Assembly: GCA_965223665.1 (NCBI GenBank)
Contig: OZ245011.1
Coordinates: 2,784,001-2,848,000 of the forward strand
Origin: Nitrospinaceae bacterium
Lineage (GTDB): Bacteria; Nitrospinota; Nitrospinia; Nitrospinales; Nitrospinaceae
Reading direction: 5' to 3'
Length of the DNA stretch: 64,000 nucleotides
This document shows, in pieces, positions 48,614 to 57,282 of this stretch (the first letter of the stretch is position 1; each line of letters starts with the position of its first letter). Made by a program: the position numbers and the translations under genes. The notes below the pieces were generated by a model. That model saw nothing but the letters and a program-made list of their open reading frames with translations. It searched no databases and was not told the origin of the DNA.

Positions 48614-49006
48614 TCAGCTAATATTTCCAGAGGAATTAATATTTACAGTACCACCACCATCCTGATGATTGGCCTGAGCAGAGAAGTTACTTTGGTTTTT
48701 AGTGCTTACAGTTATTTGAATTTCTGGAGACTGAACAAACCCATAGGTAGAATTATTAACTTCAGTTTCATCACAATCTTGGGCACTTCCGTTATCTTGC
48801 CAATAAGCATAACAAGCAAGATAAAGGTTGTGTAAGTTGGATTTAGCATCACCTTCATAAGCTTTATTTTTATAGGCAACAAATTGTGGAATTGCCACCG
48901 CAGCAAGAATTCCAATGATGGCAATCACAATTAACATCTCAATAAGTGTAAATCCGCCTTGCAATTTTTTTACTTTTTGTTTTACTTTACCACTGTAAAT
49001 TTTCAT
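48614..49006 (-). CDS. type IVa pilin paralog
   Basis: [24 protein letters not shown]; similar to pilin 1 along its length; start ATG 49006 or TTG 49021. Confidence 0.88.
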   Translation of the reverse strand: MKIYSGKVKQKVKKLQGGFTLIEMLIVIAIIGILAAVAIPQFVAYKNKAYEGDAKSNLHNLYLACYAYWQDNGSAQDCDETEVNNSTYGFVQSPEIQITVSTKNQSNFSAQANHQDGGGTVNINSSGNIS

Positions 49007-49052
49007 TATTTTGTACACCAACGTATTTTTTTAAAATTTCTTATAATTGAAT

Positions 49053-49068
49053 AGCAAGGGATATGCCA
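49053..49068 (-). promoter_or_regulatory. sigma54 (-24/-12) promoter of pilin 2
   Basis: TGGCAT-atccc-TTGCT. Confidence 0.8.
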
Positions 49069-49188
49069 TTAAGTTAAATACTCTTTTAAGGGGTATTCAA
49101 ATCCTTATTTATTAATAGGTTAAGGCAATCCTATAAATTTACTACCTTTAATTTCCTATTCAATTTTCCCTGAATTTATTTTTATTTA

Positions 49189-49221
49189 GACAAAATTGGG
49201 TTCTAATTATCATAATTGTCA
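49189..49221. promoter_or_regulatory. putative paired enhancer sites for pilin 2
   Basis: GACAAAATTGGGT and TATCATAATTGTCA; shares the 10-mer ATAATTGTCA with the pilin 1 upstream region. Confidence 0.45.
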
Positions 49222-49272
49222 TTTAACTTAGAGGGTTAATACATTTCTCGATTTTGAATGCGTTAAAAAAAA

Positions 49273-49980
49273 TTGGCATCTTTGATGGATCAATCCACAC
49301 CAAACAAATTAAAAATAGGCATTTTGGGAGGCTCTTTTGACCCTGTACACTTGGGTCACCTACACCTTGCTAATGAAACTTTAAAGGCTTTTTCATTGGA
49401 CCAGATTCTATGGGTTCCAGCGTATATTTCTCCTTATAAATTGGATCAAGAACCCACTGCAGCTTCTCACAGACTGAACATGCTTCAACAAGCTATAGCT
49501 GGAAAACCTAAATTCAAAATTTCAGACATGGAAATTCTACGGCAAGGGGTCTCGTATTCAACTGATACTGTCAAAAAATTGACGGAAGAAAACCCAAATT
49601 CAAATTTTAATTTAATTATGGGATGCGATACTTTTAAGGAGATTTATAATTGGAGAAATTGCGAAGAGTTATTCACATTATGTAATTTAATTATTTCTAA
49701 CCGACCAGGTTTTCCATATAAAGAATCAAAGAAAGCTCTGGATAAAATTAATCTTAAATACCAACTCATTCAATCAGACTCTTTAAAAAAAATTTTTAAA
49801 TGTTCTTCAAGCCATAAAACAATTTCTTTTTTTGAAATAAATCCTTTAGATATTTCTTCAAGTCAAATAAGAAAAGCTATTCAAAATGGTGATTCACTTA
49901 AAAAGATGTTGCCACCCAAAGTGGAACGTTATATTATGGAATACCGTTTATATCAAAAAGAATCCCTACCTGAAAATTAA
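49273..49980 (+). CDS. nadD: nicotinate-nucleotide adenylyltransferase
   Basis: GGSFDPVHLGH, SYS.DT, IMG.D, ISSS.IR; start may be ATG 49285. Confidence 0.95.
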   Translation: MASLMDQSTPNKLKIGILGGSFDPVHLGHLHLANETLKAFSLDQILWVPAYISPYKLDQEPTAASHRLNMLQQAIAGKPKFKISDMEILRQGVSYSTDTVKKLTEENPNSNFNLIMGCDTFKEIYNWRNCEELFTLCNLIISNRPGFPYKESKKALDKINLKYQLIQSDSLKKIFKCSSSHKTISFFEINPLDISSSQIRKAIQNGDSLKKMLPPKVERYIMEYRLYQKESLPEN

Positions 49981-50333
49981 TGGAAACACCATTAAACGAA
50001 CTTCAACAATTAGTGGTAGAAGCCGCTGCCGAGAAAAAAGCTTCCCAAATAATAATCCTGGATTTACGTAAAAGGACCGATTTGACGGACTATTTCTTGA
50101 TATGTAGTGGTAACTCAAAAATTCAGGTTCAGGCGATTGCTGATAACATAGTTGAAAAAACCTATGGAACACAATTTAAAGCATCGACCATTGAAGGGTA
50201 TTCGCAAGGGAATTGGGTTATCCTAGATTTAGGAGATATCATTGTTCATGTGTTTCATAAAGAGGTCAGATCTCACTATGATTTAGAACGATTGTGGGGA
50301 GACGTTCCTGTTGTGGCTGAAATGAGTGGTTAA
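49980..50333 (+). CDS. rsfS: ribosome silencing factor
   Basis: KKA..I, DYFLICSG.S, WVILDLGDIIVHVF, YDLERLW; follows nadD. Confidence 0.95.
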   Translation: METPLNELQQLVVEAAAEKKASQIIILDLRKRTDLTDYFLICSGNSKIQVQAIADNIVEKTYGTQFKASTIEGYSQGNWVILDLGDIIVHVFHKEVRSHYDLERLWGDVPVVAEMSG

Positions 50334-50351
50334 CATTTTCTGGAAGGAAAT

Positions 50352-50741
50352 ATGGAAAGACAAGATGTAAATTTATTAAAAGAAACTTTACTAGAAATTC
50401 GGTCAAACCTTTTGGGCGATATCAAAAAAACCCGAAAGTCTAGCCAAGATAAAGAATTCACAGAATTCGTCTCAGACATTACGGATGATGCCGCCCGGTC
50501 ATTCACTCGCCAAATGATTCTGAATTTGGGGGAACATGAGCGAGAAAAACTCAAACTAGTAGAAGAAGCTTTATACAAGCTCCAGCGTGGGGGATATGGT
50601 ATATGTTCTCTTTGTGAGGAAACCATTCCTCCGGCAAGGCTCAAAATTGTTCCTTTTGCTCAATATTGTGTCGAATGTCTAAGTAAAATGGAACATGAAA
50701 AAAAGTTGGAAGATTCCCCAAACAACAATACAATACTCTAA
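50352..50741 (+). CDS. DksA/TraR C4 zinc-finger protein
   Basis: Coiled coil with DITDDA tip; YGICSLC...I...RL..VP....CVEC. Confidence 0.88.
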   Translation: MERQDVNLLKETLLEIRSNLLGDIKKTRKSSQDKEFTEFVSDITDDAARSFTRQMILNLGEHEREKLKLVEEALYKLQRGGYGICSLCEETIPPARLKIVPFAQYCVECLSKMEHEKKLEDSPNNNTIL

Positions 50742-50803
50742 ATTAATTTTGCTAACCTCCTTTCTGGAGTCCATTAGCGACAACCAAAACAAAGAAGGGT
50801 GAT

Positions 50804-52105
50804 GTGTCCATTAGATTTATCATTACATTATTCGTTCTGGCAGTCCTAACGGTTTATTTTACTTTTCTCAATAACCAAAGTATTGAGGTATTTTTTACTC
50901 AAAATCACCCCATAAAATTACCCATTGTGGTTTTTATGTTGGGGAGTATTCTTTTGGGTGTAATTCTTACCTCACTGTTTACTAGTTGGGGTCGATTGAA
51001 AAGTTTTTTTAAATCCGCTCGACAATACCGCTACTTTAAAAAACGGGAAAAACAAAACAAAGTTTGGGAAAAAATGAGCCAAAAGGCCGAGAATGCTTTT
51101 GCAACCGGGCATGAGCAAAAAGGCGTAGCTTTATTTGAAAAAATTCTTGCACAAAATCCTCAACATATTGGTTCTATAAATCATATTGGAAACCACTATC
51201 GAACCCGTGGACAATATGATAAAGCCATTGAAATGCATAAAAGAGCTTCAGAGTTGGATCCAGAGAACGTTCACGCTTTAGATAATTTAGCTGAAGACTA
51301 TGCCGCTACTAAAAGACCAGAAAAACAAATTAATGCTTTAGCTCGAATTTTAGATTTAGACCCTAATTCATTGCCTACATTAAAAAAACTTAGAGAAGTT
51401 TATCTTGAAACGGGAAACCTTGAAAAAGCTTACCAAACACAGAAATCGATTTTACCGTTAATTCATGATTCCAGCGAGCTAGGTGAAGAGCAAGAAAAGT
51501 TTAGTCAAATTGTTTACACAAGGGGTTTGGAACATTACAAAAATAAGAGCATGGAACCGGCCATAACAGAATTAAAACGTTCCATAAGAGAAAATAGCCA
51601 ATCACTTCCCGCCTATGTGACATTGGGTGACATCTATTTTGAAATGAACAATCACAAAGCGGCACTCAAAACCTGGAAAACCGGTTATGAATTTACCCAC
51701 TCTCCTGTTTGCCTATCCAGAATTAAAAATGCTTACAAACAGATGGATAAACCCAAAGAAATCATTAAAATTTATAAAGAAGCCATAAAAAACCAAGATA
51801 ATTCGCATGCTGAAACCCTAGTCCTTCATTTCGCGAATTATTTGTTAGATCAAAGTGATATTGAGCAAGCCTTAGAGGTCCTAGAATCTGTAAAAGAACC
51901 TTCCCTCGCGGTTAGACTTCTTACTATCAAAGCATTAAGGAAAAATAATTCTTTTAAAGAATCTGAAAAAATCACAGAAACTGCTTACGAAAAAGTCTCG
52001 GCTTCTATATCAGGTTATGTTTGTGGTAAATGCAAAGCAACACTTGAGGAATGGTCCGGATTGTGTCCTCAATGCCAATCATGGAATTCGATAAAGCCCA
52101 ACTAA
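50804..52105 (+). CDS. LapA-like membrane domain fused to LapB-like TPR and rubredoxin domains
   Basis: Two N-terminal TM segments with F...N; TPRs; C-terminal Y.CGKC...W...CPQC.SW. Confidence 0.75.
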   Translation: MSIRFIITLFVLAVLTVYFTFLNNQSIEVFFTQNHPIKLPIVVFMLGSILLGVILTSLFTSWGRLKSFFKSARQYRYFKKREKQNKVWEKMSQKAENAFATGHEQKGVALFEKILAQNPQHIGSINHIGNHYRTRGQYDKAIEMHKRASELDPENVHALDNLAEDYAATKRPEKQINALARILDLDPNSLPTLKKLREVYLETGNLEKAYQTQKSILPLIHDSSELGEEQEKFSQIVYTRGLEHYKNKSMEPAITELKRSIRENSQSLPAYVTLGDIYFEMNNHKAALKTWKTGYEFTHSPVCLSRIKNAYKQMDKPKEIIKIYKEAIKNQDNSHAETLVLHFANYLLDQSDIEQALEVLESVKEPSLAVRLLTIKALRKNNSFKESEKITETAYEKVSASISGYVCGKCKATLEEWSGLCPQCQSWNSIKPN

Positions 52106-52112
52106 TCCTTAC

Positions 52113-52142
52113 AAAAAAAGCCTCCCCTAAGTGAAGGGAGAC
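52113..52142 (-). terminator. intrinsic terminator for the 52175-52753 gene
   Basis: GTCTCCCTT-cactt-AGGGGAGGC hairpin followed by T7 on the minus strand. Confidence 0.7.
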
Positions 52143-52174
52143 TCTTCTTAATTAAATATTTAAATCAAATTATT

Positions 52175-52753
52175 TTAAGGATTCATTAATTTTGCATCCA
52201 TGAGCTTGGTGCCCTTAGCATAAGTTTTTGCTGATAAAAGAGTGTCTTCATTCAGTAAAAAATATAATCCTCGATCAGGATAGCGAGCAACCCGGGAAGA
52301 CATGGATTTCGGCACGCCATATTTATCAATAAGCGAAGGAAATTTATCCCCTAATTTTATGCCAGAATCAAAAGATCCTTTAAACATTGGCCCAATTTCA
52401 ATTCCTTCAACAGTAGTTCCACCTGAGAGTGCATGAATGGTAAGATCATGCTCTGGATATTCAATACGAATGCTATCCGTTCCGTGAACAGGTCCACGCT
52501 GAACAGAAACATACTTAGGAATCCCTAATAATTCCATAGCCTGCTTTAAGGGCATACCAGGGGTAACATTTTCTCCTACTACCAAACCTGGTTCTTTCAC
52601 CTCAGAAGGTGCTGGAATAGAAACTTTTTTCATTCCCTTAGGTAGAGTTTTAGATTCTTCAGCAACCAGGGGGCCACCTAAAAAACTTATAAGTAATGCC
52701 ATTAAAATTATTTTTCCGAGTTTCACTGTATTCTCCTTAAAATAGGTTCCCAA
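52175..52753 (-). CDS. exported hypothetical protein, possibly a tandem SmpA/BLIP-like fold
   Basis: Signal peptide; two internal repeats PGM......LLGIP and LGD......KYGVP. Confidence 0.55.
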   Translation of the reverse strand: MGTYFKENTVKLGKIILMALLISFLGGPLVAEESKTLPKGMKKVSIPAPSEVKEPGLVVGENVTPGMPLKQAMELLGIPKYVSVQRGPVHGTDSIRIEYPEHDLTIHALSGGTTVEGIEIGPMFKGSFDSGIKLGDKFPSLIDKYGVPKSMSSRVARYPDRGLYFLLNEDTLLSAKTYAKGTKLMDAKLMNP

Positions 52754-52908
52754 ATCTCAAAATCCATTTGAGAAAAACTCAACCCATCCGTTTTGCTCAT
52801 GTTTCGAAATAGATGCTATAAAATTAGTATAAGGCATTTACCCGGAAGGTGAAGGAAAAATAAATTAAATTTTCAGAATTATTATTTAAGAAAAATACTT
52901 GAAAACCC

Positions 52909-54252
52909 TTAAAAATCGGGCGATTTCTTCCTTCTTTCTTTTTTCTTTCGGGATTTTTCTCTTTCATATTGTCTTAACTTATAAGGATCCTCCTTAATTT
53001 TTGCAAATCCCTCTTCTGCTTCATCTTCCAACCATAAATCTTCAAGTGGCAAAGATTTCTTAACGGGTTTTTTAGAAACCCTTTGCAAGAATTTATTTCC
53101 TTCTTCCGCTTCTTTCTGAGTTAATCCCCTTTCCATCTCCACTAAATCCTTGCCTGATTTAAATTTTTTTCTGGAAGCTAAAGCTTCGCCACGTAATCTA
53201 ATTTCTTTGAAGTTGACTAAACCCATTTTTAAAGGCTCAGGAATTTTTGAAAAACCTAACCAAGCTCCCAACCAATTTCCAATTATTACACCTAATTTAT
53301 CAGCTTCCCTTCCCCAACTTAAAGACTCACCCAAAATATTTTTAAATGGAAGATTAATCGACAAAAATAAATGCACAGCCAAGGGTAAAAGAGTTAGCAC
53401 ATGACCTTGAGTAGGATGAAAAATTTTATTCCCGATGAACTTAGAAGCATTCTCACTTATCCAGGGAAGTACATTTTTATTTCCCTTTTTTTCCTGGATT
53501 ATTTTTAAATTGTTAAAAGTTTGACTAAGTGCAGCACTTTCCCTTTCTTCAATAAACCAATGGTCTGGAAAATTTTCGCGGTAAAAAAATTCTGCCGCTT
53601 CACAAAATTGAATAACTTCAATTAAAAAATCAGAATAACTAAAGGGAGACGATTCATCATTTATTTCAGTATAGGGTTGGTTCAAAAGCTTTGTGCAAAT
53701 AAAACCGTTTAAGGCAGTTCCTATAACCTCCCAAGGATGAATAGAAATTAGCATGGCTGCTTCTATACAGGTTTTCAAAAGTGTGGTCGTATTTCTTTGT
53801 TGGTACAATGCAATCGGAACTGCTAGTGGAAAACAACTTCCAAAAGCAAAACCATTTTCTGAGTTTTCACCTTTATTTCTATTAGGCATTGATTGGATGG
53901 CAGAAAACAAGGCTCTATCCGGCCGACGAAAAACTCCAAAATATCCTTCCGGCCCACTGATTCCCATCTTTATTAATTGAGTAACAAGGTCTTCACTATT
54001 AAATTTTCTTTTATTCAATAATACATCGCAAACCGCCAGAGCCAATTGAGTTTGAGCCCCGTAAAGTCCCTGCATCCTATATCGCTTAATTCCCTTACCA
54101 AGGTATGGGCGAACATCTTTAAAATCATCAACCTTTTTAAAATATTGCTTGATTGTTTCTGGCTTCAAACCTTTAACGGATTGGCCTAAAGCATCACCCA
54201 CGGTCATACCAACCCAAGAACCGAGGATTTTATCCTGCAAATCTAACATCAT
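52909..54252 (-). CDS. ADP-ribosylglycohydrolase (DraG/ARH) family protein with degenerate metal ligands
   Basis: I.GS.VG..VGDALG N-terminal motif; SIHP; GREADK at the GGDxDT position. Confidence 0.7.
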   Translation of the reverse strand: MMLDLQDKILGSWVGMTVGDALGQSVKGLKPETIKQYFKKVDDFKDVRPYLGKGIKRYRMQGLYGAQTQLALAVCDVLLNKRKFNSEDLVTQLIKMGISGPEGYFGVFRRPDRALFSAIQSMPNRNKGENSENGFAFGSCFPLAVPIALYQQRNTTTLLKTCIEAAMLISIHPWEVIGTALNGFICTKLLNQPYTEINDESSPFSYSDFLIEVIQFCEAAEFFYRENFPDHWFIEERESAALSQTFNNLKIIQEKKGNKNVLPWISENASKFIGNKIFHPTQGHVLTLLPLAVHLFLSINLPFKNILGESLSWGREADKLGVIIGNWLGAWLGFSKIPEPLKMGLVNFKEIRLRGEALASRKKFKSGKDLVEMERGLTQKEAEEGNKFLQRVSKKPVKKSLPLEDLWLEDEAEEGFAKIKEDPYKLRQYEREKSRKKKERRKKSPDF

Positions 54253-54267
54253 TCATCCTGAAGGATA

Positions 54268-55038
54268 TCAACCAACATCCATTAGAGGAGTTGCTTCATT
54301 TTGATTGGCTAAAATTAAAGGAATTGACTTATCGGAAAGAGAATGCCGGACAGTTGAAATTGCTTTTTGAGGATGATTATTCGTTTCACTTAAATGCATC
54401 AGTACAATTTTTTTTAGATTAGGATGCTCGACAGACGCTAATAGTTCGGCACAATCCTCATTGGATAAGTGTCCATGAGATCCCAGTATTCTTTGTTTCA
54501 AATGCCATGGATATGCGCCTTCCTTTAGCATTGGAATATCGTGATTGGCTTCCACCAATAGTGTGTCCGAATTTTTTAATTTTTCTTTAACCAAGAGTGG
54601 AACAGATCCTAAGTCTGTTGCATGTCCCAATTTTTTTTTACCGCATCTGACTACAAATGCTACTGATTCAGCTGCATCATGAGGAGTAGGATAAGATTCA
54701 ACCATCAAATTATTCACTTCAATATTATCTTGCTGAGAAATACGCCGCCATCCTGTTGTTAACCCATAAGACTGTCGGGCTTTTCTAAAAGTACCTTCGG
54801 TACAATAAACGGGAATTTTAAACTTTTTGGCTAAAGTACCTACACCTCGAACATGGTCTGAGTGTTCATGGGATATAAAAAGGGCATCGATATCATCCAG
54901 AGTTGTATCAAACTGAGCTAATCGATTTGAAAGAGACCTTGCACCAATTCCAGCATCAATTAATATTCTAGTGTTTTCTCCTTCAACATAAAGAGAATTT
55001 CCTTTACTCCCGCTAGACAAAACTGAAAATTTAAAAAT
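54268..55038 (-). CDS. metallo-beta-lactamase fold hydrolase (YycJ/WalJ-like)
   Basis: FSVLSSGSKGN, IDAG, SHEHSDH, PHDA, ATDLG, EANHD, GHLSN, MHLS; start uncertain (ATT 55038 or TTG 55020). Confidence 0.88.
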   Translation of the reverse strand: MFKFSVLSSGSKGNSLYVEGENTRILIDAGIGARSLSNRLAQFDTTLDDIDALFISHEHSDHVRGVGTLAKKFKIPVYCTEGTFRKARQSYGLTTGWRRISQQDNIEVNNLMVESYPTPHDAAESVAFVVRCGKKKLGHATDLGSVPLLVKEKLKNSDTLLVEANHDIPMLKEGAYPWHLKQRILGSHGHLSNEDCAELLASVEHPNLKKIVLMHLSETNNHPQKAISTVRHSLSDKSIPLILANQNEATPLMDVG

Positions 55039-55127
55039 AATTTGATCCTTCCATTAATGAATTCTAAGTGGGTTAATCATACATTGAAAAATTGGTTCTG
55101 GGTTATTTTTTTTGGAGGGAAGACAAT

Positions 55128-55155
55128 AAAAAACCTGGGTACTTTGCACCCAGGC
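55128..55155 (-). terminator. intrinsic terminator downstream of the PilZ gene
   Basis: GCCTGGGTGC-aaa-GTACCCAGGT hairpin followed by a T run on the minus strand. Confidence 0.7.
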
Positions 55156-55185
55156 ATTTTTATAAGTACACTTTTAATTTCAAAT

Positions 55186-55572
55186 TTAAATTTTCTTATG
55201 TTCTTTAACTACTTTCATGGCATCCATTAAATATTGATGGTTAGATTGAGATAACTTTACTGCAAGACAATAACTTTTAGGAGATTTTCTTCTTTTAGGT
55301 TTTTTTTCGCTTGGGACACAACGAAGCACTTCAACCTTCAAATGAGCGTTACGAATTTTTTCATCATCCGAAATAATTTCTAGGGACAGTTCAGTACTTG
55401 GAGGAAATTCCCGTTCTAACTCTATTGAAAAACCACCAACGGTTAAGTTTTCAATATTTCCCTTAAGCTTTTCGTCTTTAATATAAACGTATACGTCCAA
55501 AGGATAGTCAATCCTGGGGAACCCTCTATTATCCTTTGGTTCAACATTATTACTGCCACTAAGATTTAACAT
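55186..55572 (-). CDS. stand-alone PilZ domain protein
   Basis: RGFPR (RxxxR) and NLTVGG ((D/N)xSxxG-like) motifs. Confidence 0.8.
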   Translation of the reverse strand: MLNLSGSNNVEPKDNRGFPRIDYPLDVYVYIKDEKLKGNIENLTVGGFSIELEREFPPSTELSLEIISDDEKIRNAHLKVEVLRCVPSEKKPKRRKSPKSYCLAVKLSQSNHQYLMDAMKVVKEHKKI

Positions 55573-55593
55573 TTTTCTCCATCCATAAAAAAA

Positions 55594-57078
55594 TTAATGA
55601 TCAATTTGTGCTTTTTGGAGTTTCCCGCTGTAATCGACATAAACGGATTTCCATTCAGAAAAGATTTCTAAAGCTGCGGTCCCCGCCTCTCGGTGACCAT
55701 TTCCCGTTCCTTTTGTCCCCCCAAAAGGAAGTTGAATTTCTGCTCCAATAGTGGAGGCGTTAATATATGTAATTCCAGTATCCAAAGTTTTTATAGCCTG
55801 GAATGCCTGGTTTACGTTTTTAGTATAGACCGCCGAGGAAAGTCCAAATTTAGAATCATTAACAATCTCCACCGCTTGATCCAAATTGTTGCATGGTATT
55901 ATTCCTAAAACCGGACCAAAAATTTCTTCTTGGGCAATACGCATTTTCGGTTTTACATCGCCAAATATTGTAGGTTGATAAAAATATCCGTTTTTACATC
56001 CCTTTCCAGTTTCATAGTCTCCTCCTGTCAATAAAGAGGCTCCTTCATCTTTTCCAATCTGAACATAATGATGAACTTTTTCTCGTTGTCCTTCGTTGAT
56101 AAGTGGCCCCACATCATTTTTTGAAATCAAACCATCTCCAACTCGTAGTGCTTTAGCGCGGGTTACTAATAATTTGGTAAACTTCTTTATTACCTTTTTA
56201 TGGACAATGACACGACTGCATGCCGTACAACGCTGACCTGTAGTTCCAAAGGCACCAAACAATACTCCTTCAATTGCCAAATCCAAGTCAGCATCATCCA
56301 TCACAATAATGGCGTTTTTTCCACCCATTTCCAACGAATATTGCTTCATGTTCTTAGCACAACTCGATGCAATAATTGCACCAGTATCAGTAGAACCAGT
56401 AAATGATACTAAGTTCACTTTAGAGTGTTCCATCAAGGGAGTTCCAACACTACCACCCGATCCTGTGACAAGATTCAAAACACCAGGTGGTAATCCCGCT
56501 TTTTCAAAAATTTTTACAAAGTTCACCACCGATAGGGGAGTGTCTGTAGCTGGTTTAATTACCACAGTATTTCCACATACTAGAGCAGGAATCAATTTCC
56601 ACGAGGGAATAGCCAAAGGAAAATTCCAAGGAGTAATTGCAGCTACCAAACCGACCGGCATTCGGATAGACATGCAAAATTTGTCCGATAATTCAGAAGG
56701 AACAGTTTCGCCAAATAATCTTCTTCCTTCACCAGCTGTATAATAAGTTAGATCAATAGCCTCCTGCACATCTCCACGGGTCTCTGAAATAATTTTTCCC
56801 ATTTCTTGAGTCATGTCCTTGGCTATTGCATCTTTATTTTTTACTAAGAGTTCAGCAACCCGGTAAAGAATTTCTCCTCGTTTGGGAGCCGGGGTTTCCC
56901 TCCACATCTTCTGAGCATTTTGGGCTGCCTCTACTGCTTCATTTACGTCTTTTTGATTGGATTTTTGAAAACGTCCTAAAGTCTGATTACAATTTGCTGG
57001 ATTAACATTTTCAAAAGTTTCTCCACTGGCAGAGGATTTCCACTTTCCATTGATGTAATTTTTATAATCTTTAGCCAC
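55594..57078 (-). CDS. NAD(P)-dependent aldehyde dehydrogenase
   Basis: ITPWNFP, KPA, FTGST, LEMGGKN, GQRCTA, EEIFGP; GTG start with GGAGG. Confidence 0.94.
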   Translation of the reverse strand: MAKDYKNYINGKWKSSASGETFENVNPANCNQTLGRFQKSNQKDVNEAVEAAQNAQKMWRETPAPKRGEILYRVAELLVKNKDAIAKDMTQEMGKIISETRGDVQEAIDLTYYTAGEGRRLFGETVPSELSDKFCMSIRMPVGLVAAITPWNFPLAIPSWKLIPALVCGNTVVIKPATDTPLSVVNFVKIFEKAGLPPGVLNLVTGSGGSVGTPLMEHSKVNLVSFTGSTDTGAIIASSCAKNMKQYSLEMGGKNAIIVMDDADLDLAIEGVLFGAFGTTGQRCTACSRVIVHKKVIKKFTKLLVTRAKALRVGDGLISKNDVGPLINEGQREKVHHYVQIGKDEGASLLTGGDYETGKGCKNGYFYQPTIFGDVKPKMRIAQEEIFGPVLGIIPCNNLDQAVEIVNDSKFGLSSAVYTKNVNQAFQAIKTLDTGITYINASTIGAEIQLPFGGTKGTGNGHREAGTAALEIFSEWKSVYVDYSGKLQKAQIDH

Positions 57079-57282
57079 GATTTACCTCCTTCATCCCATC
57101 ATTGTTTTAATAAAAACCAAATGGAAATTTTCAAAAGGTTGTTATCAATCCTATTATATATTTCCTACGTGGCGTCAAAGTTTTTATTTATGAACCTTTG
57201 ACAAAAAAGGTCTATCTTTCGAATATAACAGTGGGAGTGAGGAAGTCAAGATGAAGAATTACCTAAAAACAAGTAAATAGAT

